Below, one piece after another: positions 25,959 to 38,726 of a stretch of DNA of 64,000 bases. Source of the stretch: Lepidodermella squamata (taxonomy: Eukaryota; Animalia; Gastrotricha). Where the stretch lies: positions 930,001 through 994,000 of the forward strand of contig JBLDXI010000036.1 in the NCBI GenBank assembly GCA_047495785.1, in the 5' to 3' direction. The notes under the pieces are model-generated. The model saw only the letters and a list, made by a program, of their open reading frames with translations, was not told the origin of the DNA and searched no databases. The stretch's first letter is position 1. Each line of letters starts with the position of its first letter. The position numbers and the translations under genes were made by a program.

Positions 25959-28900
25959 TTAGAACATCTCAGGAATCGCGTAGGAAGCACATAGAATTTC
26001 CGCAATCCGTAGTAGGTCGAGGTCCAAGACCACACCAAGTCTCAGGCAAGTTATGCTTCCCAACAAGGGCTCGATAGGAGTGGACCAAGACCTGTGTACG
26101 AGAGGTTATATTAAACGGTAACACCTATAATCAGTTAAAGATACAAACCCTGCCAGGTGGAATGATTCAGCAGCGGTGAATCGCTTTACTACGGCAACGT
26201 TGGATCCAGGTCTTGAATCACATTCCAAGTAGACCTTTAGGTTCGTTGCGCTTAAGCGAACCCTGAGATAATGCCACTCGATTCCGCTCGATTCGGCACA
26301 TCTTACAGTAGCCTCAGCCGAACCATTGCCATACGGCCTGAGAATAAAGGTTCGATTGACGTCGGCTATGAGCTGGAAGCCAAGCGTCGACGCATCGGGA
26401 GCGAACTCCAGAATCGTTCCCTTCTGCTTGGCCGGGGCGGCATATAGTGCCATGGTATAATCACGATTCAATATGTTAGCTGGGGCAGACAAAGCAATAG
26501 GATCGGTTGAATTGAAATAAAAAGCTGTGTTCGGAGGGCCGAACGGTCCAGTTATTCGCTGCAAAGCCGCAATCGAGGTCGTCGAGTTAGCTGTAGGTCC
26601 CCGGCGCTCATCTAGATCGGAAACCAGGGGCCAAACAAACGGCGTGCTAAGTAAGGAGAGAAGAATGTTCCTAGTCATAATGCTACTTTTCCGGATCTGA
26701 AGACACTTCTTTCGAAGTATCCACAATTGGGCGACGGTCATTGCGTGTTTGTGGAACGAGAAGCATGCCATTCCGCCTTGAAAATTGACATTACCAGCCA
26801 AATCGCCACCGAGTTTTATTTTCGAGCTAACCAGCGGCCTTGAAGTGAGTGATTCCTCGTGGATAAAGTTATCATGAACGACCAGCAGCTTCTCGGTTTC
26901 GCGGTTGTAAGAAATAGCAATGAAGGCTAAATTCGGATCCACGCTGGACAGTGCTCCATTGAGATCTACTGTGTAGTTCTGATCTGTAGCAAACATTCTT
27001 ATTCGATCTCGCGAACTAATCCCCCTGAGAACTTACCTAGGGTTACTTGGAGAAAGTCCGTAGCCTTGTTGATATCAACGCTAAAGAGATCTCTGTCGTT
27101 GTAAAACTCAAATATCCTCTGCATGCCGGTTGAGCCATTCGAAAAAAACGCAAATACAGCGATTGTGAAAGACGAATTGTTGACATTGAGCAAGCTACTA
27201 TCAAGGTACAAGGAGCCGTCAGCTGAATTGATAGAGAGCGCACCGGAATGGTGTAGGTCAAACCCGTATTCCAGAGATGATCCTGTGAAATTTCCATTCA
27301 CGCCATTCCCGCTAAGGTCTCTGGCTCCGGATGCCCTCCAGAGGGGTAGGTACACTGTTTCAATGGGCAGCCCGAAAGGTGTCTCTGCATAAACGAGAAA
27401 TTCGATTCCCGGAATAGAGTAACAGTAATGCCGACTCACGCTTATCACACTTCTCAGCAGATTCGAAGATTGAAGTAGAGTTCTGTATAGGAAGTAATTC
27501 TGATAAAATGGCCCTTTTTCGGCATTTCAACTTACCCAATCTTCAGGGCAGTCGTTCGCTACTGGAACGCATTTGGCTGCCATGAGCCGGGGATATGTGC
27601 AAAGCTTGTACTACAAACATAAAATCAGCGTGAACCTGCCTAGTCGGATTAGAGTTTCAAGAGGATTTCGGAAAAGCTAACAACACCGTTTTGTGGGATG
27701 AATTCGGAGGATCTTCGAACCCCAAATTTACGACCAAAGGGTCCACCCTGTAATTCTTTTGGGGGAGGGGGTCCACTTTGGCCTGCCGAACTGGGGGGCA
27801 CAAAACCCCTCATAACCCCCTTCCCCCCTCCTTTCCCCCTCCCCCGTACAACAAAAACAGAATACCGAGTTGTTGGCATTGAGCGTGGCTTCCATCCGGC
27901 AGGCGTCGTGATTTTCTTTGAACAATGACGAGTTGACATAGACTTTGACCTGGATCGAGAAACATCTAGAGAAATTCTATAATGAATTCAATATAGTCCG
28001 CTTACCCGGGTGCCGTTTGGAAAAGCTCCATAGCACTGCTTGCCATTTGTAGTCTCACATTGAACGGCTCTCTAAAGAAAACCGAAAGACGAAGCTGATG
28101 ATTAATAAAAATAAAAATAAAAATTTATTTGCATAGCCGGGAATTTTAATGACAATTAGCATCAGAGCAAAATCGAAAAAGCTAAAATCTTACCCCCTTC
28201 AAGCAATTATCCTTGTTGCTGAATGTGGCCGATGAAAATTCCTGAGTTTCAACGCCAGCCTGGCAGCCAGTTGTCTCGAGGCGGCAATCGATGAAGCTCC
28301 CGTTAGACGAGCTGAAGCACCTAACATGGGATTTCTCGGCGTCAGAAACTTGAACTGCCACAAATGAAGACAGGCAATTCAATTTTAAATGATCAAAAGT
28401 CTCAAAACACTTACGCGATGTTCCTGAGATGCATAGGCTGAGATTGGCATAAGGGCTCGATGCGAGCTGAAAAAATCCATGCGTTCAAAATCGAAACCTA
28501 GGAATCATTATCTCTGACCCAGTTCTCGGGACAGGCGTACTTGGCTGGGACACACGTCTTCACCACCCCGTTTGCCGTGCATCGTTTGAAAGCCTGATTC
28601 TGAAATACCAAAATCGAATTTATCTAGGACATTTTGTTACTGATCAATTTACAGCAAATTTTGATCTCGCGTTATTGCAAGCGGCCAAGCTGTCTTTCAA
28701 CGTGTTGGCCCGGTACCAATTAAGCTAGAATAAAAAAGAGAAAATATTAGGATTTGAATACCATCAAATGGCAGGCCGGGAATTTACCTCGATTTCTCTG
28801 TCAGCTGCTGGTTCGCTAGTCAATTTACAGTTGCCAAGACCGGGATTGCACCGTGTTGTTAGGGCGCCGTATTTGTAGCACATTTTAGCATTCTGTTTTG

Positions 28901-29351
28901 TAAAGGTGATTCATAGTGGCGACATAATTTTAACACAGGTATCTCACCCCAAGTCGGCACGTGGCAAAGTCTGCGAACAAGGGGCCCCACTATGAAAGAA
29001 AAAAAAGTAAATAAATAGCTGAGTCAAGTCAATTCAAAAGCGTTATTTGTTATTTTGTCAAACTGAAATTTTAAATGAAGAATCATAATAATATCGAAGT
29101 GAGAATTTATTTTAATTCTGGAAAGAAGCCACCAAATATAGGTTTCCGAATGAAAATGAATCTTAATTTTAAATCTTAAAATTTCTCAAAAATACCTGAT
29201 ACTCGGTGATAGGATCACAGGTGGGGTTGTTATCGCGGCACGAAGTAAAAGCGTTATTGGTCACTTGGAAGCATCGCTTGAAGTTCTGGCATAAGGTTTG
29301 ACCAATAAACGCGAATGAAATCACAAGAATTAATGAAGTAAAGCTCCTCAT
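25959..29351 (-). CDS. Array copy 4: secreted Cys-rich + tandem LamG-like protein
   Basis: ATG 29351 MRSFTSLILVISFAFIGQTLC; homologous exon chain; ends ...AIPEMF-TAA at 25959. Confidence 0.85.
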
Positions 29352-30380
29352 TGTTGTTTGATATAACAAGAATGAAAATATTTACTGCTCTAAAAAAATA
29401 TTTTCAGCTGAAAGCACGCGTTCAAGCGAAGCTAGCTTCTGGTGTCATATTTTGCTTTCAAAACAACATCTCACCATAATATTTGTCCTGGATTTCGGCA
29501 TGAATGTAAAATTTAACCTGATTTATGGGATAATTTCATTTTTTTTATTTATCAGCTCGTTTGCTGTCTTTTATTCGAGTTGTGAGCGATCCAGCTCTAA
29601 GAGTATCATCGTGATTTAATCGGGATTTCTCCAGGCTCTAAACTGTTCGTTGATTTGAATTCGACTCAAGTTTCACGAAATTATAGAAGCGGAGAATTTG
29701 CTGCTAATTACATAACTATCATTTCAGTATAGTACAAGGTACAAGGAACTTGATTCGTGCTATACTTGATTTGAAATTTAGCTGTTTGAGCTTCGACGTT
29801 GTCTCATGTATCGTATATTATCAAGTGATGATGTGACATTCTAGGATAAATAATAGCCCGATTTTTTCACAATTTTTCGAGTTCGGAAATGTAATAAATT
29901 CACTGTGAAGCTATGGCATGTTTAAAAGCGGCCCTTTTAAACATCGATGTGGACGTTTGCGAATGGAAAGGCGATATCTGAGCGGAAACAGGATGACAAG
30001 TCCGGCATCACTCCAAATTAATACAGTGGACGCTCGAATCGCAATCTAAGAAAATCTTTTTTTACTGATTGAGATTTTCTGGAAGCTTTCTTTGACCACT
30101 TTATTACAGCCAACGAAAATAACCAAGCATTTATTAATCAAGACAGTCTCTCATCAGAACTGGTATGTCAAGCAGCAATTGGAAAAATGATTAAATAATA
30201 CATAATTGTTCACGGCATCTAGAAAAATTGTCTTTTCTATGATTTATCTTATTATATATTATTTCCTTTTGCTCGTTATTAACTATACAACCTATAAAAA
30301 CTTTTGATACTTGATATTATCATAAATACATAACTCTAATAGCGGATAACTCAAAATTGCCGAATTGTCATCATGCGGCA

Positions 30381-33300
30381 TCAGTATAAGTTTAAGTTTA
30401 TCACTGTGTAGAACATTTCAGGAATCGCGTAGGCTGCGCATAGAATTTCCGTAATATACATTAACTCTTCATACGCGTTAATGGTCAGGCAAGTAACGCT
30501 CCCAATCAACGGCTTGTTAGGGGTAGTCCAAGACCTACGAACACGTGGTGTTACAAAACAATATGGTCACTTCAAGGTGCAAACCCTGCCAAGTGGAATG
30601 ATCCAGAATCGGTGATTTCTTCTGCTTGTACAGCTTCGGATTTAGCTCTTGAATCACACTCGATCTCGAGCTTACGGGCTTGAAAACTGGACCGTATCCT
30701 GATGTAATGCCACTCCATTCCGCTCGATTCGACGCAGCGAACTGTTAAATCAGCCGAACCAGTGCCATACGGCCTGACAGTAAAAGTTTCATTGCCGTCA
30801 GCCATGACTTTGAAACTAGTCGGCGAACCCACGGGAGGGAATTCCAGGATTGTGCCCCTCAGCTTAGACTTAGCATAGAATGCCATCGAAAAAGGGTTAG
30901 ACAACGTGTATTTTCGTGTAGAAAAGGCGATAGGATCTGTTGAATTGAAATAAATGGCCGTGTTCGGGGGGCCGAACGGTCCAGTTACAAGTTGCAAAGC
31001 CGCAGCCGACGTCGTAGAATTATCTGTAGCCAGCCCGGTCAGTCGGTCGACCATATTAAAATCGGAAACTAGGGGCCAAGTATAGGGTGCGTCTGCTTGG
31101 ACGTAGAGATAGCCCAAAGCCAGAATCCACCCTATCCGGATTTGAAAACACTTCTTTCGAAGTATCCACAATTGGGCGACGGTCATTGCGTGTTTGTGGA
31201 ACGAGAAGCAGGCCATTCCGCCTTGGAAATTGACATTACCAGCCAAATCGCCACCGAGTTTTATTTTCGAGCTAACCAGCGGCCTTGAAGTGAGTGATTC
31301 CTCGTGGATAAAGTTATCATGAACGACTAGCAGCTTCTCGGTTTCGCGGTTGTAAGAAATAGCAATGAAGGCTAAATTCGGATTCACGCTGGACAGTGCT
31401 CCATTGAGATCTACTGTGTAGTTCTGATCTGTAGCAAACATTCATATTTCGATCTCGCGAACTAATCCCCCTGAGAACTTACCTAGGGTTACTTGGAGAA
31501 AGTCCGTAGCCTTGTTGATATCAACGCTCAAGAGATCTCTGTCGTTGTAGAACTCAAATATCCTCTGCATGCCGCTCGAATTACTTGGAAAAAATGCGAA
31601 GACGCCGATTGTGAAAGATGAGTTAGCGACGTCGAGCAAGCTACTTTCCAAGTACACAGAGGCGTTGGTTGAGTTGATAGAGAGCGCACCGGCACCGAAT
31701 AGACCGAACTGATCGTATGGGGTGGATGATCCTGTGGACGATCCTGTGGTGCCATTTCCGCCCTCGCTCGGAAGTTCGTATTCGTCGGCAGTTAAATTGA
31801 TAGAGAGCCCATCGTCATTGCCATTGGACTGGTTCGCCATTGAGGATCCAATCAAATTTCCGTTGATGCCATTTCCACTGATGTCACTGGTATTATATTG
31901 CAGGAAAAGAGGAAGGTAAATTGTTTCCATTGGTAGCCCGAAAACGATCTCTGCAGAACAAATTTCGAAGATTCCCTAGATCGAAGTAAACATAATACCG
32001 ACTCACGCTTATTGCACAGTTCAGCCGATTCGAACGTTGAATTGGTGGTCTGGATGCGGATGGAAAGATGAAACGGCATTTTCGAATTTGGAACTTACCC
32101 AATTTTTAGGGCAGTCGTTTGCTGCTGGAACGCAATTGGCTGCCAGGAGAAGCTCATACGTGCAAAGCTTGCGCGACGTTTGTGTAGCAGTCTGATTTGA
32201 CTAGATTAATTTCATATTTAGAAAAGTGGATCCGAAGTCTAGGCTACCGCGAATTACCATAATTTGTAGGTAGCAAAATATACATCTCTTCAAATTAGAA
32301 ACCCTGTATTTTGCCCTCAATCCAATCAGTCTGAATTTAGTTTTCGTGTTTCGTGTGAAAAATTAACGAGCCACGCGTCCTAACCATGGGGATGAGGGTT
32401 CTCTTTTGAGTGTGACTCTATAATTTCAAAAGAGTGTCCTCATTAAAAATAGTAAAAAATACCGAATAGTTCGTAATGACGGCAGTTTCGAACTTGCAAG
32501 CGTCGTGGTTTTCTTTAAACAAGGTCGAGTTGCGATAGACCTTAATCTAGAGTCATGAAAAGTATATTCAAATTGAATCAGATATACTTAGATGATTTGC
32601 TAACCCGAGTTCCTTTCGTAAAGACTCCATAGCACTGCTTGCCATTGCTCGTTGCACATTGGGCAGCTCTCTATTCATTGGAAGGAAAAACCATCAAGAG
32701 CAATCAGAATTCAAAGGTTATTAGCCTAATGCCACAGAGAATAGAGTTAGCTATTCTCTAAGGTAACTAAGGCCTAATGCCTTATGAATAGGGTGAAGGG
32801 TGACTCGTCCTTATCTCATAATACTCTCCAGAAAGCTGCAAACCGTCTTTCGGCTCTTTTCAGTCAAAAAAATCGTATTACCCCACGCAAACAGTTTGCC
32901 TTATTCGTGAATGTGGCCGATGAGAACTCTCGAGTTTCAACCCCAGCCTGGCAGCCAGTTGTCTCGAGGCGGCAATCGATGAAGCTCCCGTTAGACGAGC
33001 TGAAGCACCTAACATGGGGCTTCTCGCTGTCTGGAACTTTAACTGGTATTATTCAAGATGTGAATTTTTATTCGATGAATTAGGTTACAGGTTACAAAAA
33101 CTCTCACGCGAAGTTCCCGAGATGCAAAGGCCGAGATTAGCGTATGACTTGCCGCTTGATGCGAGCTATGAAACAAAAACAAATACTGATTAAAATGCTA
33201 GACCTGATGATTCATTATTTCAAACCCAGCCCTCCGGACAGGTGTAGTTGGCTGGGACACAAGTTTTTACCACCCCGTTCGCCGTACAACGCTTGAAAGC

Positions 33301-33690
33301 TTGATTCTAAAACCACAAATTGAAAATGAAAACCGATAATTTGTTGAATTGAGTTTACCGCGAATTTAGATCTCGCGTTATTGCAAGCGGTCAAGCTATC
33401 TTTCAAGGTCTTGGCCCTGTACCAATAAAGCTGGAATGGATGAATTTTTCGATTGGAATACACTTGAAAGATGGGCAGTGAATTTACCTCAGTCTCTCTG
33501 TCAGCAGCTGGTTCGTCACTCAAGTTGCACTTGCCAAGGCCAGGATTGCACCGCGTTGTTAGGGCGCCGTATTTGTAGCACATTTTAGCATTCTATTTAA
33601 AATAGGATGACGATTAAAAGAGCGAGATCTGAATTCACGTAACTTACCCCCGATCGACAAGTTACCATATCCGGGAACAACGGACCCCAC
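30381..33690 (-). CDS. Array copy 5: exons 2-14 present, signal-peptide exon 1 not found
   Basis: Exon 2 (WGPLFPDMVTCRSG) at ~33648-33689 has intact splice sites. No exon-1 or promoter homolog lies between it and the stop of copy 6 (34296). Ends AIPEMFYTVINLNLY-TGA at 30381. Confidence 0.65.
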
Positions 33691-34295
33691 TGCGGATGGA
33701 AAATGTAATATCAAAAATCAAAATGTATGCCGTAGTTAATCGCGTCCAATAGGCTAATAATAGACAATAGACAAGCGGTGGCTGCAAGCGATGACCTCCT
33801 TTCTCGCCTAATTTCGTCACAGTTTTATATTTGCACTTCAGATTGCTTTGAATTGGGTGCTTCTTTACTGGTCACATTGATCAATAAGTTGATTTTACAA
33901 CCTATTGTTAACTGCTTATAGTAACGAAAATCAAAATAAAATGACAATCAGATTTTTATTTGGTTTGCATCTATTTTTTATTCAAGAAATCGGCGCCATA
34001 TCTGTAGCGGCGTTGAATAACTTGGATTTAGACTTTAGACTTGTTTATATCCGTTCCGTGAAAGGTGACAAGTAAATAGTGGAGTTTTTTAACGTAAATG
34101 AAGAGGCAAAAGCTATTGACTTTTCACTTGTTGCCCCTCACCTTGAAAGCCTAAATCCGAGTTATTCAACGTCGCTAACGATATATCATCATCATATAGC
34201 TCTAGCGTCTAGCTGAATATTATTACTTAATACTCACGATTTCTAAATTCAGAGTTTGAATTTTATTTACAAGACATTGATAATGTTTAGCTGTT

Positions 34296-37200
34296 TCACA
34301 GCAATTCTGGAATCGCAAAAGCAGCACAGTAAATTTCTAGAACACGCTGCTTTTCGTAGGAATCTGCGTAATTGAAAGGCTCTGAGAAAATGTTCAGGCA
34401 AGCCATGCTTCCCATCAACGGCTCAACCGGGGTAGCCCAAGATCTAGGAAACAATTATTCACTTGGAAATTATGATAATTCGAGAAAGAAACAAACCCTG
34501 CCAAGTGGAATGAACTGGACTTGGTGAACGGAACTGGAATTGTTACATCCCAGATGCCAACTCTCGTTGAACACGAGAAGAACGTTCCCTCATCTTCGTC
34601 GTGGATAATCTTGAGATGATGCCATGCTACTCCATTTGACCCGGAACACTTAAGCGATATATCAGCCGACCCATCACCAAACGGCCTCAGCGTAAAGGTC
34701 TGATCGACATCGGCCGTAAGTCTGAACCCAGTATTCGATCCATCGGAAGCGAATTCCAGGAGTGTGCCTTTCTGCGAAGCCGAAGCAGCGAACAAAAACA
34801 TCGTGAACTCAGAAGTTAGCTTGATCTTTCCGGAATTCACAGCGATAGGATCGGTTGAGTTGTAGTAAAAGACTGTGTTAGGCCGGCCAAATGGCCCAGT
34901 CACTTGTTGAAGAGCAGTATTCGGTGTCGTAAAATCAGCTCTTGGATCGATGCGGTCGTTCAGGTCTGAAACCAAAGGCCAACTGGCTTTAAACCCGGGT
35001 AATCGCGATTTCAACAAGTCCATAGTCAAAATCTGCCCGAGCTGAATTTGAAGGCACTTTTTTCGAAGTATCCACATTTGTTCGAGGGACATGGCGTGTC
35101 TGTGAAGCGAAAAACATGCCTGCCTGCCGTCGAAAGTGTTGCTTCCGCCCAAATCGCCTCCGAGTCTTAGTTTCGTGCTAACCTTCGGTCTAGATCCGGT
35201 TAATAGCATCTCTTGGACAAAATTATCATGCACAACCAGCAATTTTTCGGTATCAAAGTTGTAGGATATAGCGATGAAGGACCAATTCGGATCCACATTT
35301 GGCACAACACCTTGCAGTTCACCAACGTTATCCTGAGCTGTAGAGAAGAAATGTCTCTCTTTTAATTACTACGGTGAGACAACGGAAAATAAAATGTAGT
35401 CGATGCCAAACGTACCTGTTTTTACTCGTAAAATATCAGTTTCTCTGTTTATTGCAACGCCAGTAAGATCTCCCGTGTCGTAGAACCCGAAAATGCTTTG
35501 CAAGCCGAAGGATCCCGATGGAAAGAATACGTATTCAGCAATCGTGAAAGATGAATTAACGACATTGAGCAAGCTGTTTTCCAAGAGCACGGATCCAGCA
35601 GTTGAATTAATAGAAAGCGCTGAGCTGCTGTAGGGACCGCTGCTGAATGACCAAGATGCGCCGGAGTAATTGCCATTGATGTCGTTTCCACTGATGTCAC
35701 TCGTGCCGAATTCCTGGCTGAGAGGCAGGTACAGAGTCTCCAATGGTAGGCCAAAAGGAGTCTCTGCGTCAAAAATGCGACTTATTGTCTAAATAAACCG
35801 AGGAATCAAAGCTAACTAACGCTTATCACATAGCTCGGCGCTTGTGAACATCGAAGTTGATGTCTAAACAAGGAATTTTTAGACTGAGGCTGAGACGACG
35901 TATTATTCTTTAATTTTATATGGGCTTACCCAGTTTTGAGGGCATGAATCAGCTAGTGGAACGCATTTTGCCGCCATGTGGAGGGCGAATGTGCAAAGCT
36001 TGTGCTAGTTTACGGAAACAAATTAATAAATGAATAGTTACCAGTTATGACCAGGAATCTCCCTGGTAATGGCTTTTAGCTCTTGGCGTTTCTTCACAAA
36101 TTATTGAAAATTTTTGAAAAATACGACGGCCATAGAAAATAATTGAATGATGCAAGATTCAAGAAGTTTGAATTCGGAAGAAATACCGGAAATTCATTAG
36201 TCGCCTCCATCTTGCAGGCGTTGTAGTTATCTTTGAACGACGTCGAGTTGCCAAAGACTTTAATCTGTTAAGGCAAACTTTTTGGCGAATTCGAAAGCCA
36301 GCTGGAACGCCTAACTTACCCGCGTACGACTCGGAAAAGCTCCATAGCACTGCTTGCCCTTGGCTGTGTCGCATTGTACGGCTCGCTGTTCGGGGTAAAA
36401 ATAATCGGAATTTGAGGCTTACCAAGAAAATCGAAATGTTTTCAATCATTATAGTATTTCTAATGAGAAAAACATGAAACAAGAGGAAGTTGGGACTATG
36501 TTACCCCTTTTAGGCAATTTTCCCTGTTGCTGAACGTTGCCGACGAAAATTCCCGAGTTTCAGTCGCAGCCTGGCAGCCGGTTGTCTCGGGGCGGCAATC
36601 GATGAAGCTCCCGTTAGACGAGCTGAAGCACCTAACATGGGGTTTCTCGCTGTCTGGAACTTGAACTGTTTTGCCAGACAGAAATTTCATGATCATTTGT
36701 CAATGAAATTTATGAAAAATACACACGTGATGTTCCAGAGATGCAGAGGCCAAGGTTACCATAAGGAGTGCCACTTGATGCAAGCTGAAAAAAAAATTGA
36801 AAAATATACGTAAATGGATTAATTGCTCCCCTAACCCAGTTCTCGGGACAGGCGAAGTTGATTGGGACACATGTTTTCACCACTCCGTTTTCCATGCATC
36901 GTTTGAAGGCTTGATTCTAAAAACTTGGAATGCAGAAATTCGAAAATTTAAAAACCCCAAACTTACGGCGAATTTCGATCTCGCGTTATTGCAAGCGGCC
37001 AAGCTGTCCTTTAACGCGCTTTTCCTAAACCAATTGAGCTGATATTAAATGAAGATTGTAATAGAATAGATTAGAACATGGTGCCGACGTTTACCTCGAT
37101 TTCTCTATCAGCAACTGGCTCGCCAGTTAATTTGCAGTTGCCAAGACCGGGATTGCACCGTGTTGTTAGGGCGCCGTATTTGTAGCACATTTTAGCGTTC

Positions 37201-37678
37201 TTTTTTCGGAGATGGATAAAATTAACAGTACCGATAGCAACACTTCCCATTTCTCACCCCCGAACGGCACGCTATCAAATCTGCGAACAAGGGACCCCAC
37301 TAAGGAAAATAAAAAAAATTAGCCATCGGATGAAAAAGTCGAATTATTTATCAGCCTAATTCGAATTAATACTAACAAAATTTGGAAAATAACACCGTGA
37401 GACGAATCTAGAAAATGGCACTCAATTATTCTAAAATCGACTATAATTTAAGATGTGCTACATTTTGAAATTTTTCACCCATTCAAATTTGAGATTTTGC
37501 TGAATAAACATTTAAAAAATACCTGATACTCGGTGATAGGATCACAGGATGGGTTGTTATCACGGCACGAAGTAAAGGCGTTGTTGGTCACCTGAAAGCA
37601 TCGCTTGAAGTTCTGGCATGATGCCAGGCCGAAAGAAGCTAGCGCAATCGCGAAAATTATTGAAATTAAGCTTTTCAT
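34296..37678 (-). CDS. Array copy 6: secreted Cys-rich + tandem LamG-like protein (LamG region of the copy 1/2 type)
   Basis: ATG 37678 MKSLISIIFAIALASFGLASC; full exon chain; shares IQLG.ILTMD..SRLPG with copies 1 and 2; ends AIPELL-TGA at 34296. Confidence 0.85.
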
Positions 37679-38726
37679 TGCTATTTTATTTGAAAAGAAT
37701 TAACGTCAAATGACCAGCATGGCCTGAATGGTTTCTTAACCACGCGTGTTTGGCCTGGCTCGTCGCTCGTGACTGATTTTATTTTTCAAAACAACTTTTA
37801 TTAATCATTGAACACTTTTTGTTAACCCACTTAATTTGACCTGGTAAAAAGGACTGTCGAACTTTCTATTGTTGCAAATGAAAACTGGTGATCGATCGCG
37901 TGGCATCGCGGTTTCTGCGAAAAATAGCCACTATTAGCATTGATTCCTATCTGTACAGTGCCGGCCGTGCTTGAACTGCTCCAATGCCGCGATCAAGATT
38001 TGCAGCAACCTCACCAAATCATGTTTTGTTTTAAATCATTTTGAGGGGGCGGGGTCGAACTGTTGCCGCCTAAGGCAACTGTAGCCTAGGCAAAAATCAA
38101 ATGGGCTTTGTCATTCTGAGCCCTTGTATCCGCCTCCTGAAAGTTAGGTCCTGTACTAAACGAGGTGAAATCATCAGCTTACGCGTCCTGGGACGTACCA
38201 AGGGCTTCGAGTAATAATACTTGTTCCCCATGTGTTACTTGTGTTCCCATGCAGCCTTCACGTTCACCGTTTGGAGCTTCTACCTTTTTACAATAAGAAG
38301 GTTATTGATATCCATATAGAACGCGAGCTTCTCTTTCACGTATAAGATTTGAGGTAGGCAATTGCCGATCAGTCTTGAGTCTTGATCTCATCAAAATAAC
38401 AGAAACCATAGTAAAAAGAGGCTCTTGTATCGGTTAAACAAGGGACAAATATGTTGTGAAAAATTGAACTATGAATAAAACTGAAGATTCTGAAATCTTA
38501 GCTTGAGTGCTTATTCTGGTCATTTTTTTCTCTATGTGTTCAAATTATTGCGATAAATTTATTTGATATACTTGCGATATTCATTTTCAATTTGATCCGC
38601 TCGGTATTAGCAAACACTTAATCATAAGCTTCATATTTTATATTTAATATAACATAAGAATTAGTTCGCAGATCGTTTAGGCCGTATTTCTGACATTTCT
38701 TCACGATACACTGGGTTTAACTCGAT

